Shown: positions 16,694 to 25,375 of the stretch, one piece after another | Position numbering within the stretch: the first letter of the stretch is position 1 | Layout: every line of letters starts with the position of its first letter | Source: Aeribacillus composti | Lineage (GTDB): Bacteria > Bacillota > Bacilli > Bacillales > Aeribacillaceae | Assembly: GCF_007827555.1 (NCBI RefSeq) | Contig: NZ_VISS01000015.1 | Coordinates: 25,998-57,997 of the forward strand | Length of the DNA: 32,000 nt | Direction of reading: 5' to 3' | The notes under the pieces: model-generated | What the model was told of the DNA's origin: nothing | What the model saw: the letters and a program-made list of their open reading frames with translations, nothing else | The model's database searches: none | Program-made: the position numbers and the translations under genes

Positions 16694-18424
16694 ATGAGAA
16701 AACGAGTGATTGAATTTCATAATTTTAGCTTTAAGTATTATAGCCAAAAAAATCCAACATTAAAAAATATTCATTTAAACATTTACGAAGGGGAAAAAGT
16801 TTTAATCGTTGGGCCTTCAGGATCTGGGAAGAGCACCATTGGCCACTGCATCAATGGTCTAATCCCCTTCTCTTATAAAGGAGAAATGACCGGAAGTTTA
16901 AAAGTAATGGGTCAGGAAACAAAGGAGTTAAATATTTTTGCTTTATCAAAAATGGTTGGTACTGTTTTACAGGATCCTGATGGCCAGTTTATAGGATTAA
17001 CTGTTGGTGAAGACATAGCTTTTGCACTGGAGAATGATTGCACTCCGCAAAAGGAAATGTTCGAGATCGTAAAAGATGCTTCCAAAATGGTCGAAATGGA
17101 TGATTATTTGCCTGCCTCTGTCCATCATTTGTCAGGCGGGCAAAAGCAGAGGGTTTCCCTCGCTGGTGTAATGGTTGACAAAGTGGATATCCTGTTGTTT
17201 GATGAACCGCTCGCAAACCTTGACCCCGCTACTGGAAAGTATGCAATGGCTTTAATCGACAAAATCCAAAAAGAAACGAATACAACCGTTGTCATTATTG
17301 AACACCGTTTAGAAGATGTTTTATATCGCCATGTCGATCGCATTATTGTGGTAAATGACGGCTCAATAGTAGCTGATATGAGCCCTGACCAGCTTTTAAC
17401 AACTAACATTTTAGAAGAGACGAATATACGGGAGCCGTTATATATTAAAGCGGTCAAATATGCCGGTTGCAAGCTAACTGAAGATATGCATCCTGCTGAT
17501 TTCAATCAGTTTAAAGCAGATTTATGCCGAAAAAACTTGTTGGAATGGTTTGAAGATTCAAATCCAAAAACGCCAAGTAAAGAAGGAAAACCAATTTTAG
17601 AGCTGAAAAATATTTCGTTTAGCTATTCACCAGGTCACGAAACGATAAAGGATGTTTCTTTTTCAATTAACAAAGGGGAAATGGTGAGCATTGTTGGAAA
17701 AAATGGAGCAGGGAAATCTACAATTACAAAATTAATTTGTGGATTTGAAAAGCCTTCCTCAGGGAGCATATTGTTTAACGGCAAGGATATAACAAACGAA
17801 ACGATTAAAGAACGCTCGTTAAAAATCGGCATGGTCATGCAAAATCCAAATCATATGATTTCAAAACATATGATTTTTGACGAAGTAGCCTTAGGCTTAA
17901 AGGTTCGCGGCGTAGCGGAAGCTGAAATAAAAGAACGCGTCGACAATACATTAAAAATTTGCGGGCTGTATCCATTTCGGAATTGGCCGATTTCAGCATT
18001 AAGCTTCGGTCAAAAAAAGCGGGTTACGATTGCTTCCATTTTAGTGTTAGAACCAGAAATCATTATTTTGGACGAGCCAACTGCCGGACAAGATTTTCGC
18101 CATTATACTGATATTATGGAGTTTCTTGTTCAATTAAATCGGCAAGGCGTCACGATTATGATGATTACTCATGATATGCATTTAATGCTGGAGTATACAG
18201 AAAGAGCGATTGTATTTGCAGAAGGCAGGAAAATTGCCGATGACTCAGCTGTCAATGTCCTTTCTGATATTGACATCATCGAACAGGCAAATTTAAAGGA
18301 AACGTCTCTTTATAATCTGGCATTAAAAACAGGAATACCAGAACCGAGGAAGTTTGTGGAACGTTTCATAGAATATGATCGGGAGGTAAGGCAGGTTGGC
18401 AGCCGAGATGCTATCTTATATTGA
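16694..18424 (+). CDS. ECF transporter ATPase, fused EcfA-EcfA' (two NBDs)
   Basis: Two Walker A motifs (GPSGSGKST, GKNGAGKST). Two signature/Walker B sets (LSGGQKQRVSLAGV...LLFDEP and LSFGQKKRVTIASI...IILDEPTAGQD). 576 aa, typical of duplicated CbiO-type ATPases. Confidence 0.9.
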   Translation: MRKRVIEFHNFSFKYYSQKNPTLKNIHLNIYEGEKVLIVGPSGSGKSTIGHCINGLIPFSYKGEMTGSLKVMGQETKELNIFALSKMVGTVLQDPDGQFIGLTVGEDIAFALENDCTPQKEMFEIVKDASKMVEMDDYLPASVHHLSGGQKQRVSLAGVMVDKVDILLFDEPLANLDPATGKYAMALIDKIQKETNTTVVIIEHRLEDVLYRHVDRIIVVNDGSIVADMSPDQLLTTNILEETNIREPLYIKAVKYAGCKLTEDMHPADFNQFKADLCRKNLLEWFEDSNPKTPSKEGKPILELKNISFSYSPGHETIKDVSFSINKGEMVSIVGKNGAGKSTITKLICGFEKPSSGSILFNGKDITNETIKERSLKIGMVMQNPNHMISKHMIFDEVALGLKVRGVAEAEIKERVDNTLKICGLYPFRNWPISALSFGQKKRVTIASILVLEPEIIILDEPTAGQDFRHYTDIMEFLVQLNRQGVTIMMITHDMHLMLEYTERAIVFAEGRKIADDSAVNVLSDIDIIEQANLKETSLYNLALKTGIPEPRKFVERFIEYDREVRQVGSRDAILY

Positions 18425-19223
18425 CCGAAAATCTCCTGTTCATCAGTTGACAGGTGTAACAAAGCTAATATGCTTTATCTTATGGTCGACTGCAGCTATG
18501 CTGACATACGACACTCGTATTCTACTATTTTTATTTTTAATTAGTATTCTCATTTTTATTATTTCAAAAATTAAATTTGAAGAGATATTGTTTGTTCTTG
18601 TATTTATTTTAGTATTTCTTTTCATCAACAATGTTGCCATTTATGTCTTTTCACCACAAGAAGGAGTAAAAATTTACGGCTCCAGCCATGTGTTATTTGA
18701 AATATCAGGAAGGTATAACGTCACATTGGAACAACTTTTTTACCAATTGAATATTACGTTAAAATATTTCACAGTGATCCCAGCGGCTTTGCTTTTTATT
18801 GTGACGACTCATCCGAGCGAATTCGCCGCTTCCCTCAATCGCATCGGTGTGAGTTATCGAATTTCGTATGCTGTTTCTTTGGCATTAAGATATATACCGG
18901 ACGTACAGCGGGATTTTCGGAATATAGCACGCGCCCAACAAGCTAGAGGCCTTGACATGTCCCGCAAAGAAAAACTTCCTAAACGGATCAAAAATGCTGC
19001 CTCCATCCTTGCACCGCTTATTTTATCAAGCCTAAACAAAATTGACACCATCAGCAACGCAATGGAACTGCGCGGCTTTGGCAAAAACAAAAAACGCACA
19101 TGGTATAGTGCAAGACCTTTCCAAAAAAGTGACTACTTTGCAATCGCTCTATTTACTATTCTGTTCATTGTCACCTTAATCATCACATTCCATGATGGAA
19201 GCCGGTTTTATAATCCGTTTTAA
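18396..19223 (+). CDS. ECF transporter transmembrane T-component (EcfT/CbiQ family)
   Basis: Polytopic protein with the conserved coupling-helix region ALRYIPDVQRDFRNIARAQQARG...ELR. TTG start with GGGAGG 9 nt upstream, overlapping the ATPase stop. An ATG at 18408 is an alternative. Confidence 0.85.
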   Translation: MAAEMLSYIDRKSPVHQLTGVTKLICFILWSTAAMLTYDTRILLFLFLISILIFIISKIKFEEILFVLVFILVFLFINNVAIYVFSPQEGVKIYGSSHVLFEISGRYNVTLEQLFYQLNITLKYFTVIPAALLFIVTTHPSEFAASLNRIGVSYRISYAVSLALRYIPDVQRDFRNIARAQQARGLDMSRKEKLPKRIKNAASILAPLILSSLNKIDTISNAMELRGFGKNKKRTWYSARPFQKSDYFAIALFTILFIVTLIITFHDGSRFYNPF

Positions 19224-19239
19224 AAATACTCCTACTGAT

Positions 19240-19279
19240 CGCATCCAGTAACGCTGTTTGTTGCTGGATGCGTATTTTA
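19240..19279 (+). terminator. Hairpin after the ECF operon (weak T tract)
   Basis: CGCATCCAG-15 nt-CTGGATGCG followed by TATTTTA. Confidence 0.4.
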
Positions 19280-19316
19280 TGAAAACATTTAAATTAGCCC
19301 AATTTTAGGGGTGGGC

Positions 19317-19358
19317 AGGTTGCTTCCATGGGCCCTAAGCTGGCAAGCCTTTTTTTTA
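19317..19358 (+). terminator. Rho-independent terminator (strong T tract)
   Basis: AGGTTGC...GCAAGCCT stem (one bulge), with inner GCTT/AAGC pairs, followed by TTTTTTTT. Confidence 0.5.
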
Positions 19359-19431
19359 TGCAATCAAGTTCTGCATTTTTTGTTGCAGAACTCTGTATTT
19401 TTAATTTGCAATAAACACTCATGCGCATCAC

Positions 19432-19536
19432 CTAAACAGAACTGCCCACATTTGTTACGCCAATCACTCCTAGTTCATCTTCCCATATTCGTGATATGGA
19501 CATCAATCCCTTTATTCCTACACGTTTCTTCTTCAT
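19432..19536 (-). CDS. Hypothetical 34-aa protein (MKKKRVGIKGLMSISRIWEDELGVIGVTNVGSSV)
   Basis: Below the ORF-track size cut-off. GGAGGAAAAAGG lies directly upstream of the ATG. A GTTCTGCA/TGCAGAAC hairpin lies downstream. I recognise no homology. Confidence 0.2.
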   Translation of the reverse strand: MKKKRVGIKGLMSISRIWEDELGVIGVTNVGSSV

Positions 19537-19654
19537 CCTTTTTCCTCCATAAATTTTTTACGAAAATATACCTGTGACGCATGGACTGCTCCATAACTGA
19601 CCGCCAGCACGCCCTATTAACCAATTAATAGACCGAATATTCAGTTAACAGCGC

Positions 19655-19685
19655 CCATAAAAACAAACCGCCCCATCAAGGGCAG
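19655..19685 (-). terminator. Terminator overlapping the galE stop codon
   Basis: Minus strand CUGCCC-uugau-GGGGCGG (6 bp including one G-U) followed by UUUGUUUUUAU. Confidence 0.55.
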
Positions 19686-20665
19686 CTCGACCATTTGGTC
19701 CCTTTCCACTGATGCCATTTCCACGCGCTTTCGATGATTTGTTCCAATGAATATTCCGCTTTCCAGCCAAGTTCTTCATAAATTTTTTGCGAGGATGCGA
19801 CAAGACGCGCCGGGTCGCCCGGACGGCGGTCAGTGTATTCAATGACGGCTTTACGTCCCGTGACTTTTTCACATGTTTCTATCACTTTTTTAACGGAATA
19901 ACCTAAGCCGTTGCCGAGATTGTAAATAGCAGTTTTCTTTTTACCCGTCAACAATGCTTCCAGCGCTAAAATATGCGCCTTCGCTAAATCGGTAACATGG
20001 ATATAGTCACGAATGCATGTCCCATCTGGTGTATTATAGTCCGTACCAAAGACAGAAATTTTGTCGCGCTGACCTAACAAATGCTGCAAGACAATCGGAA
20101 TTAAATGCGTTTCTGGGTTATGGTCCTCGCCAATTTCTCCCGACTCATACGCCCCAGCCGCATTGAAATAGCGAAGGACGACATAGTTTAGCCCATACGC
20201 AGAAGCAAAATCCGCTAAAATTTGTTCGATCATTAACTTGGAACGGCCGTATGGGTTAATAGGATTTGTTGGGTAATCTTCCGTAATTAATTCGACATTC
20301 GGAATGCCATACGTTGCCGCAGTAGACGAAAAAATAAAGTTTTTCACATTATATTTCAACATTGTTTCTAGCAACGTTAAGGTAGCAGCAACGTTGTTTT
20401 GATAATATTTCAGCGGATTCACCACCGATTCGCCGACTAAGCTGTTCGCCGCAAAATGCATGACAGCTTGAATCGGGTATTTTTCAAAAATCGGTTCAAG
20501 ATCCGCTTTGTTCCCTAAATCCCCTTGCACAAACACTGCTTGTTCATCAACTAAACGACGATAACCTGTGGAAAGATTATCAAGGACAATAACTTCTTCT
20601 TTTTCAACTAATTCTTTCACTAAATGACTGCCGATATAACCAGCTCCGCCGACAACGAGAATCAT
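19676..20665 (-). CDS. galE: UDP-glucose 4-epimerase
   Basis: MILVVGGAGYIGSH Rossmann start, SSTAATYG, catalytic YGRSK, LRYFNAAGA. 329 aa from the ATG at 20665 (GGGGA RBS). The 48-codon upstream extension in the ORF track belongs to a manA remnant, not to galE. Confidence 0.92.
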   Translation of the reverse strand: MILVVGGAGYIGSHLVKELVEKEEVIVLDNLSTGYRRLVDEQAVFVQGDLGNKADLEPIFEKYPIQAVMHFAANSLVGESVVNPLKYYQNNVAATLTLLETMLKYNVKNFIFSSTAATYGIPNVELITEDYPTNPINPYGRSKLMIEQILADFASAYGLNYVVLRYFNAAGAYESGEIGEDHNPETHLIPIVLQHLLGQRDKISVFGTDYNTPDGTCIRDYIHVTDLAKAHILALEALLTGKKKTAIYNLGNGLGYSVKKVIETCEKVTGRKAVIEYTDRRPGDPARLVASSQKIYEELGWKAEYSLEQIIESAWKWHQWKGTKWSSCP

Positions 20666-20870
20666 ATACAATCCCCAATTTAATACGTTAACTATTTGAT
20701 GGACTATTGTCATGACCGAGTTTTCTAATGCGGAAACAAGTTCTTCGCTCTCTTGTATGGATGCGCCGAATTGGCCAACACTCTCCCGTTTGCCCAGAAG
20801 GAATGTCATACCCGTACAAATCCCGCAATTTCGTACCGCTCCAGATGCGTTCCTAGAAAACAGAGTGCAT
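20666..20870 (-). pseudogene. manA: Class I mannose-6-phosphate isomerase (manA) 5' remnant
   Basis: Minus strand reads ATG CAC TCT GTT TTC TAG then ERIWSGTKLRDLYGYDIPSGQTGECW. This matches the Bacillus-type ManA N-terminus (..VFKEKIWGGT.L...FGY.IPS..TGECW, from memory). There is an in-frame TAG at 20852-20854, a frameshift after GECW, and the gene is cut off at the galE start. Confidence 0.7.
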
Positions 20871-20904
20871 GAAAATCGATTAAAACCCTTCTTTTTCTTT
20901 TACT

Positions 20905-20947
20905 AACAAAAAAGAAGCTGCTAGAAGAAACACATCCTTCTAGCAGC
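20905..20947 (-). terminator. Rho-independent terminator after manC
   Basis: Minus strand GCTGCTAGAAG-gatgtgtt-TCTTCTAGCAGC (11-bp stem) followed by TTCTTTTTTG. Confidence 0.8.
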
Positions 20948-20954
20948 CGAACAA

Positions 20955-22331
20955 TTATCTACTCGCAGATAAGCAATTTGCTTCTACTTCTTCCCATGTC
21001 ATATAAATACGAACAATATCTTCTTCAATTAACTCCGTTCCTGTTTGTACTTCAATAAACTCTAAATCAGTAATTGCTTTAATTCCATGCTTAGCGCCAA
21101 CTGGGATTTCAAGCACATCACCCGGTTTCACACGACGAATTTCTCCGTTAAAAGCAAATTCTCCTTCACCTTTAATGATGGTCCACACTTCACTGCGATG
21201 ATGATGCATTTGATAACTTAAATTTTTCCCTGCTGTAACGCCGATTCGTTTTGTTAATACTTCTCGTCCATCTTCAAACTTCGTATAATCTAATACTCGA
21301 TACCAGCCCCAGCGGCGTTCTTCGTACATTGGACGCTGATCAAAATTGTTCACTAACTCTTTAATTTTTGGGCTTTTTGCCTTATCTGCAACTAAAATCC
21401 CATCAGGACTTGACGCAATAATAGCATTTGATACTCCTAATACTGTCACAGGAATGTCTAGCTCGTTAATGAGGTGGGTATTTTCACAATCAACGCTAAT
21501 AACACCTTTACCAATTTGGTTTGTTGCCATCTCTTCCGTTAATGTATTCCACGTACCAAGGTCTTTCCAATAGCCATCATATGGCAACACAACAATATGT
21601 TCTGTCTTTTCCACGACCTCATAGTCAAAGCTAATTTTCGGCAACTTATCATACTGCTTTAATAGCTCATCATATTGAGTTGGAAATCCCTTTTCTTGCA
21701 GCAAAGAAATAATATAGTCGAGTTTAAAAGCAAACACGCCGCAGTTCCAAAGTGCGCCTTGTTTAATTAATTCCGCTGCTTTTTTTTCAGTTGGCTTCTC
21801 TGTAAAATGACTTACTCTTAAATAATTGCTATCACTAGATTTGGAAGCTGGAACAATATAACCGTACTTCGCAGACGGATACGTTGGCTCGACACCGATT
21901 AACGCCAAATCAGTCCCACTTGCGAGTACGGTTTCTTCTAAATCTTTTACTCGATGAAAAAAGCGATCCTCCACATAAGGATCGACAGGCAAGACGGCGA
22001 CAACTTCATTTAAATCGATTCCTTCTACACTATACAAATAAACCGATGCTAGAGCGATCGCTGGGAACGTATCGCGCCTCATCGGTTCAATAATAATCGG
22101 TACATCTTGACCTAATTGGCTATGAATCATATCGACTTGGGATTTGCTTGTAGCAATCACAGCGGAATCAGCTAGGTCGACATTTCCTAACTGACCCCAT
22201 ACACGCTGAACCATCGACTGCAGTTCGCTGTTTTGATTTTCTAACACTTTTAAAAATTGCTTTGAACGCGCGTCATTAGATAAAGGCCAAAGGCGTTTGC
22301 CGGAACCACCAGAAAGTAATACAAGCTTCAT
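20955..22331 (-). CDS. manC: Mannose-1-phosphate guanylyltransferase (nucleotidyltransferase plus C-terminal cupin domain)
   Basis: MKLVLLSGGSGKRLWPLSNDARSKQF nucleotidyltransferase signature. The C-terminal cupin has RPWG-like RRWGWYRVL and QMHHHRSEVW. 458 aa. Confidence 0.85.
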   Translation of the reverse strand: MKLVLLSGGSGKRLWPLSNDARSKQFLKVLENQNSELQSMVQRVWGQLGNVDLADSAVIATSKSQVDMIHSQLGQDVPIIIEPMRRDTFPAIALASVYLYSVEGIDLNEVVAVLPVDPYVEDRFFHRVKDLEETVLASGTDLALIGVEPTYPSAKYGYIVPASKSSDSNYLRVSHFTEKPTEKKAAELIKQGALWNCGVFAFKLDYIISLLQEKGFPTQYDELLKQYDKLPKISFDYEVVEKTEHIVVLPYDGYWKDLGTWNTLTEEMATNQIGKGVISVDCENTHLINELDIPVTVLGVSNAIIASSPDGILVADKAKSPKIKELVNNFDQRPMYEERRWGWYRVLDYTKFEDGREVLTKRIGVTAGKNLSYQMHHHRSEVWTIIKGEGEFAFNGEIRRVKPGDVLEIPVGAKHGIKAITDLEFIEVQTGTELIEEDIVRIYMTWEEVEANCLSASR

Positions 22332-22353
22332 CGGAAACCTCCTAATTTTTTAT

Positions 22354-23481
22354 CTACATATTTTCAAGCTTACTATTTACATAGTCTTCAAACTCTTTTC
22401 TAAATCTTTCTGGGGAAAAACACAACGCATTTTCACGACAATCTTCGTATTTAATATCACCTGAAATATTCTCAAATGATTTAATAGAATCAACTAACGA
22501 TTTTATTGTCTGTTCTTCAAAAAATAAACCTGTTGGATTCTCAGTTTGTCCATATCCGCGAATCGTTTCTAATGCTCCACCTTTCCCATAGGCAATAACT
22601 GGAGTACCACAAGCTTGCGCCTCAACAGGTGTGATTCCGAAATCTTCTTCTGCGGCAAATACAAACGCTTTTGCCCGCTGCATATGGTCTCTTAAAACTT
22701 CAAAAGGCTGGTATCCGAGCAACTTCACATTAGAAGCAGCCTTTGCCTTAATTTTATGAAAATCCGGTCCGTCACCTATAACGACTAATTTTTTATCTGG
22801 CATCTGTGAGAAAGCTTCAACGATTAAGTCGATTTTCTTATATGGAACCATTCGAGAGGCTGTAAGATAAAAATCTTCTTTTTGATCGTGGAAAGTAAAA
22901 GCGGACACATCTACCGGTGGATAGATAACATCCGCTTTCCTTCGATACACTTTCCAAATTCTTCTGGCGATAAATTTTGAATTGGCCACAAAATAATCAA
23001 CTCCATTGGACGTACGATAATCCCAATTTCTTATGTAATGAAGGATTGTCTTCGCGATCCAGCCTTTCATTCCTCGGTCTAATCCCGCTTCTTTTAAATA
23101 TTGATGTTGCAAATCCCATGCGTAGCGGATTGGCGAATGAACATAAGAAATATGCAGTTGGTCAGGGCCGGTAATAACACCCTTCGCAACTGCATGTGAA
23201 CTAGAAATGACAATATCGTATTTCGATACATCCAATTGCTCAATAGCCAACGGCATGAAAGGAAGATAGCTGCGATACTTTCTTCGAGCAAACGGCAACT
23301 TTTGAATAAAAGAGGTAGTAACCTGTTTATTTAAAATAAAACCTCTCTGATCTTTATCTATAAAGTCTACAAGGCTAAACAAATCAGCATCAGGATAAAT
23401 CTTGAGTAATTGTTCCAATACTTTTTCAGCTCCTGCATAGATAACTAACCAGTCGTGGAGGATTGCTACTCTTTTTGACAT
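22354..23481 (-). CDS. GT4-family (group 1) glycosyltransferase, possibly a mannosyltransferase
   Basis: N-terminal AILHDWL...GAEKV and the C-terminal GT-B motif EEDFGITPVEAQACGTPVIAYGKGGALET (E-x7-E). It lies 22 nt upstream of manC in the same orientation. Confidence 0.85.
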   Translation of the reverse strand: MSKRVAILHDWLVIYAGAEKVLEQLLKIYPDADLFSLVDFIDKDQRGFILNKQVTTSFIQKLPFARRKYRSYLPFMPLAIEQLDVSKYDIVISSSHAVAKGVITGPDQLHISYVHSPIRYAWDLQHQYLKEAGLDRGMKGWIAKTILHYIRNWDYRTSNGVDYFVANSKFIARRIWKVYRRKADVIYPPVDVSAFTFHDQKEDFYLTASRMVPYKKIDLIVEAFSQMPDKKLVVIGDGPDFHKIKAKAASNVKLLGYQPFEVLRDHMQRAKAFVFAAEEDFGITPVEAQACGTPVIAYGKGGALETIRGYGQTENPTGLFFEEQTIKSLVDSIKSFENISGDIKYEDCRENALCFSPERFRKEFEDYVNSKLENM

Positions 23482-24249
23482 AAAACTCCCTCAATCCTTA
23501 TTCAAGATTATTTAAAATCAAAATTTTAATTTAGTTTAAAGAAAAATAAAGCAATATGACCGAATATTATAATCGGCTCAAAGTTATTAACAATAATAAA
23601 AAAAGGAAAACTTTTTCCTATTTTAATAAGTATAATTGATTACCTATAAATTATTGGTTACTGGTTTCTCTTGGTTACCTATTTCTAACCGATTTAGAAG
23701 CAAAATTTACAATGAGAGCTTTTCAGTTTATGTTCTCGATAAGAAATAGAACAATAATTAAGGCAGAAAAGATGCAATAAACATGTGATATCTGGTATAA
23801 CCGATATCGCATACACAGTTTAACTTGATGAAAAACATCATGAGTTCCAAAGCAAGAACAAAGACAACTGACCCTATTATCATAAATTTTCGACGAAAGT
23901 GGACCTACTTTCATATCGGAAGGAGTATAATAACATTCGTGGTAGTGCCAAGTTTATGTATCTGACCTTACTTCTTTTCAATGGAATCATAATCACTAGA
24001 GGCTCAGCTAAACTTGATTTAATTAAGCAACAAAACAAAGTAAAAATAACTTTTTTGATGTCCAAGATATGCATTTAAATAACTCTACTGTATATATGTT
24101 ACTATTTCCGATATTCCGATACGAATTCCTTATTTTCTATCAAGTTTGATATTTCTCTTCCCTCTATAAATATTGATTTATCAACGGTTTGACCGTTTTA
24201 GGGGTGTCAAAAAATATTTTCGACACGATCACTAACATAATTTTATAAA

Positions 24250-24557
24250 TATGCGATTCTCTTACAGTTAATGGGTACGATCCGCGGTCGCTACTGGTTA
24301 AATATGGATGTAGCGATAGGTCTGTTTACGAGGGATCCCTCTTTCATCCAGGAAATAGGCCAGATTGAGCCAATAATGGCCTGTTGGCTCAATTCCGATG
24401 ATGACTTCGGTTTTGCCGAATTCTTTCATAGCTGACAGGATGCACTGGTAAAACCCTTCAAAGCTTTGTTGGATTGTGCAACCGGGAAAGTCTTTTGCAG
24501 GATTCGGCCGCGATCATCGACAAAGCAGGCGTAATGTTTGCGTTTTGCAATATCCAT
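24250..24557 (-). pseudogene. IS110-family transposase N-terminal fragment, frameshifted
   Basis: Minus strand: GGAG RBS, then MDIAKRKHYACFVDDRGRILQKTFPVAQSNKALKGF / YQCILSAMKEFGKTEVIIGIEPTGHYWLNLAYFLDERGIP / LVNRP... This is the DEDD N-terminal domain pattern (GiDiaK...iG.E.TG.Y...la..L...G..v..vNP). At least two frame breaks are present. It is GC-rich relative to the flanks. Confidence 0.75.
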
Positions 24558-24691
24558 GCCGACTCCAGCGTTTTTTCGGTGACTTGATTAATTTTGTGAT
24601 TTTGAGTACAAGGGCTCTTTTTATGCAAGTTCCCGAAAAAGCTTCTAACAGGAATGCTCCTCTATTAAGCAATAATTTGTAATTAATAACA

Positions 24692-25375
24692 TTATTTAAT
24701 AACTTTAATTAATTCCTCTGATAATTTAATATGAAAATTTTTCCTAAAATGAAAACCATCTAAGTTATAATATTTTTTATATACTGAATAATCTAGATTT
24801 TTACTTAAAAAAATGTAATCCGGATAACTCTTTCTTAAAAAATCATTTATTATTTCTACATTTTTATTATGATATTCTCCGTACAAATGGTGATTAACTT
24901 TAAATAACGGCATTATTATTATCCTATCCGCAATTTTCTCTAGTTGTTCAACTAAAAAAGTTAATTTATCTTGAATTTCATTAATTGAATTATAATATTC
25001 CCTATAAAATCGAATCAATATTAATCTAAAAAAGAAAAAAGGAAGCCTTAGTATATAGCTTAAATTAAAAGAAGGAGGAATAGAAAATAAAGAATCTCTA
25101 CAAAATTTTAAACCTTTATTTCTAAAATATTTCAAAATTTTATGGGGCATTCTAGGATGAACATCAGGATTACCAATTTGTAAAATTACAAAATCAAATT
25201 TCTCATCCCTATTTAATGATAATATCTTTTCAATAAAGTAATCTAGCGGTTTTCCTCCATAACATATCTTTTTTATTTTTTTATCTACTAAATTTTCACA
25301 AATTATAGAAACAAAAGATTTCACTCCGTAATCAGTCCCATGTGAATCTGATATAAATAAAATCTTATCAACCAC
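24692..25375 (-). CDS. SGNH/GDSL-type hydrolase family protein (candidate glycan O-acetyl esterase/transferase)
   Basis: Block I FISDSHG, block III IQIGNPD (GxND-like), block V LDGFHF (DxxH). GTG start with AAGGATGA RBS. Very AT-rich. Confidence 0.6.
   Translation of the reverse strand: MVDKILFISDSHGTDYGVKSFVSIICENLVDKKIKKICYGGKPLDYFIEKILSLNRDEKFDFVILQIGNPDVHPRMPHKILKYFRNKGLKFCRDSLFSIPPSFNLSYILRLPFFFFRLILIRFYREYYNSINEIQDKLTFLVEQLEKIADRIIIMPLFKVNHHLYGEYHNKNVEIINDFLRKSYPDYIFLSKNLDYSVYKKYYNLDGFHFRKNFHIKLSEELIKVIK

Noticed and set aside
17125-17505. 126-aa minus-strand ORF and neighbours inside the ECF ATPase gene
   Set aside because: They are antisense to a gene with two complete ABC nucleotide-binding domains, and nothing independent supports them.
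19311-19577. 88-aa plus-strand ORF
   Set aside because: It starts inside one terminator hairpin and runs across a second. It has no RBS, and its Leu/Phe/Ser-rich composition is typical of AT-rich non-coding DNA.
20666-20809. N-terminal 48-codon extension of galE shown in the ORF track
   Set aside because: The canonical GalE Rossmann start MILVVGGAGYIGSH, with its own RBS, begins at 20665. The extension is read-through of the manA remnant.
23723-24074. Two adjacent ~63-aa minus-strand ORFs upstream of the GT4 gene
   Set aside because: Other frames show hints of a hydrophobic acyltransferase-like fragment (..VVFVLALELMMFF..). I see no defining motif, no RBS and overlapping frames. It is most likely decayed or non-coding AT-rich DNA.
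24612-24622. GGGCTCTTTTT, identical to the IR-like end of the ISL3 remnant (reverse strand, 2264-2274)
   Set aside because: Only 11 nt are shared and the following bases diverge immediately. It could be a solo ISL3 inverted repeat next to the IS110 fragment, but it is too short to support.
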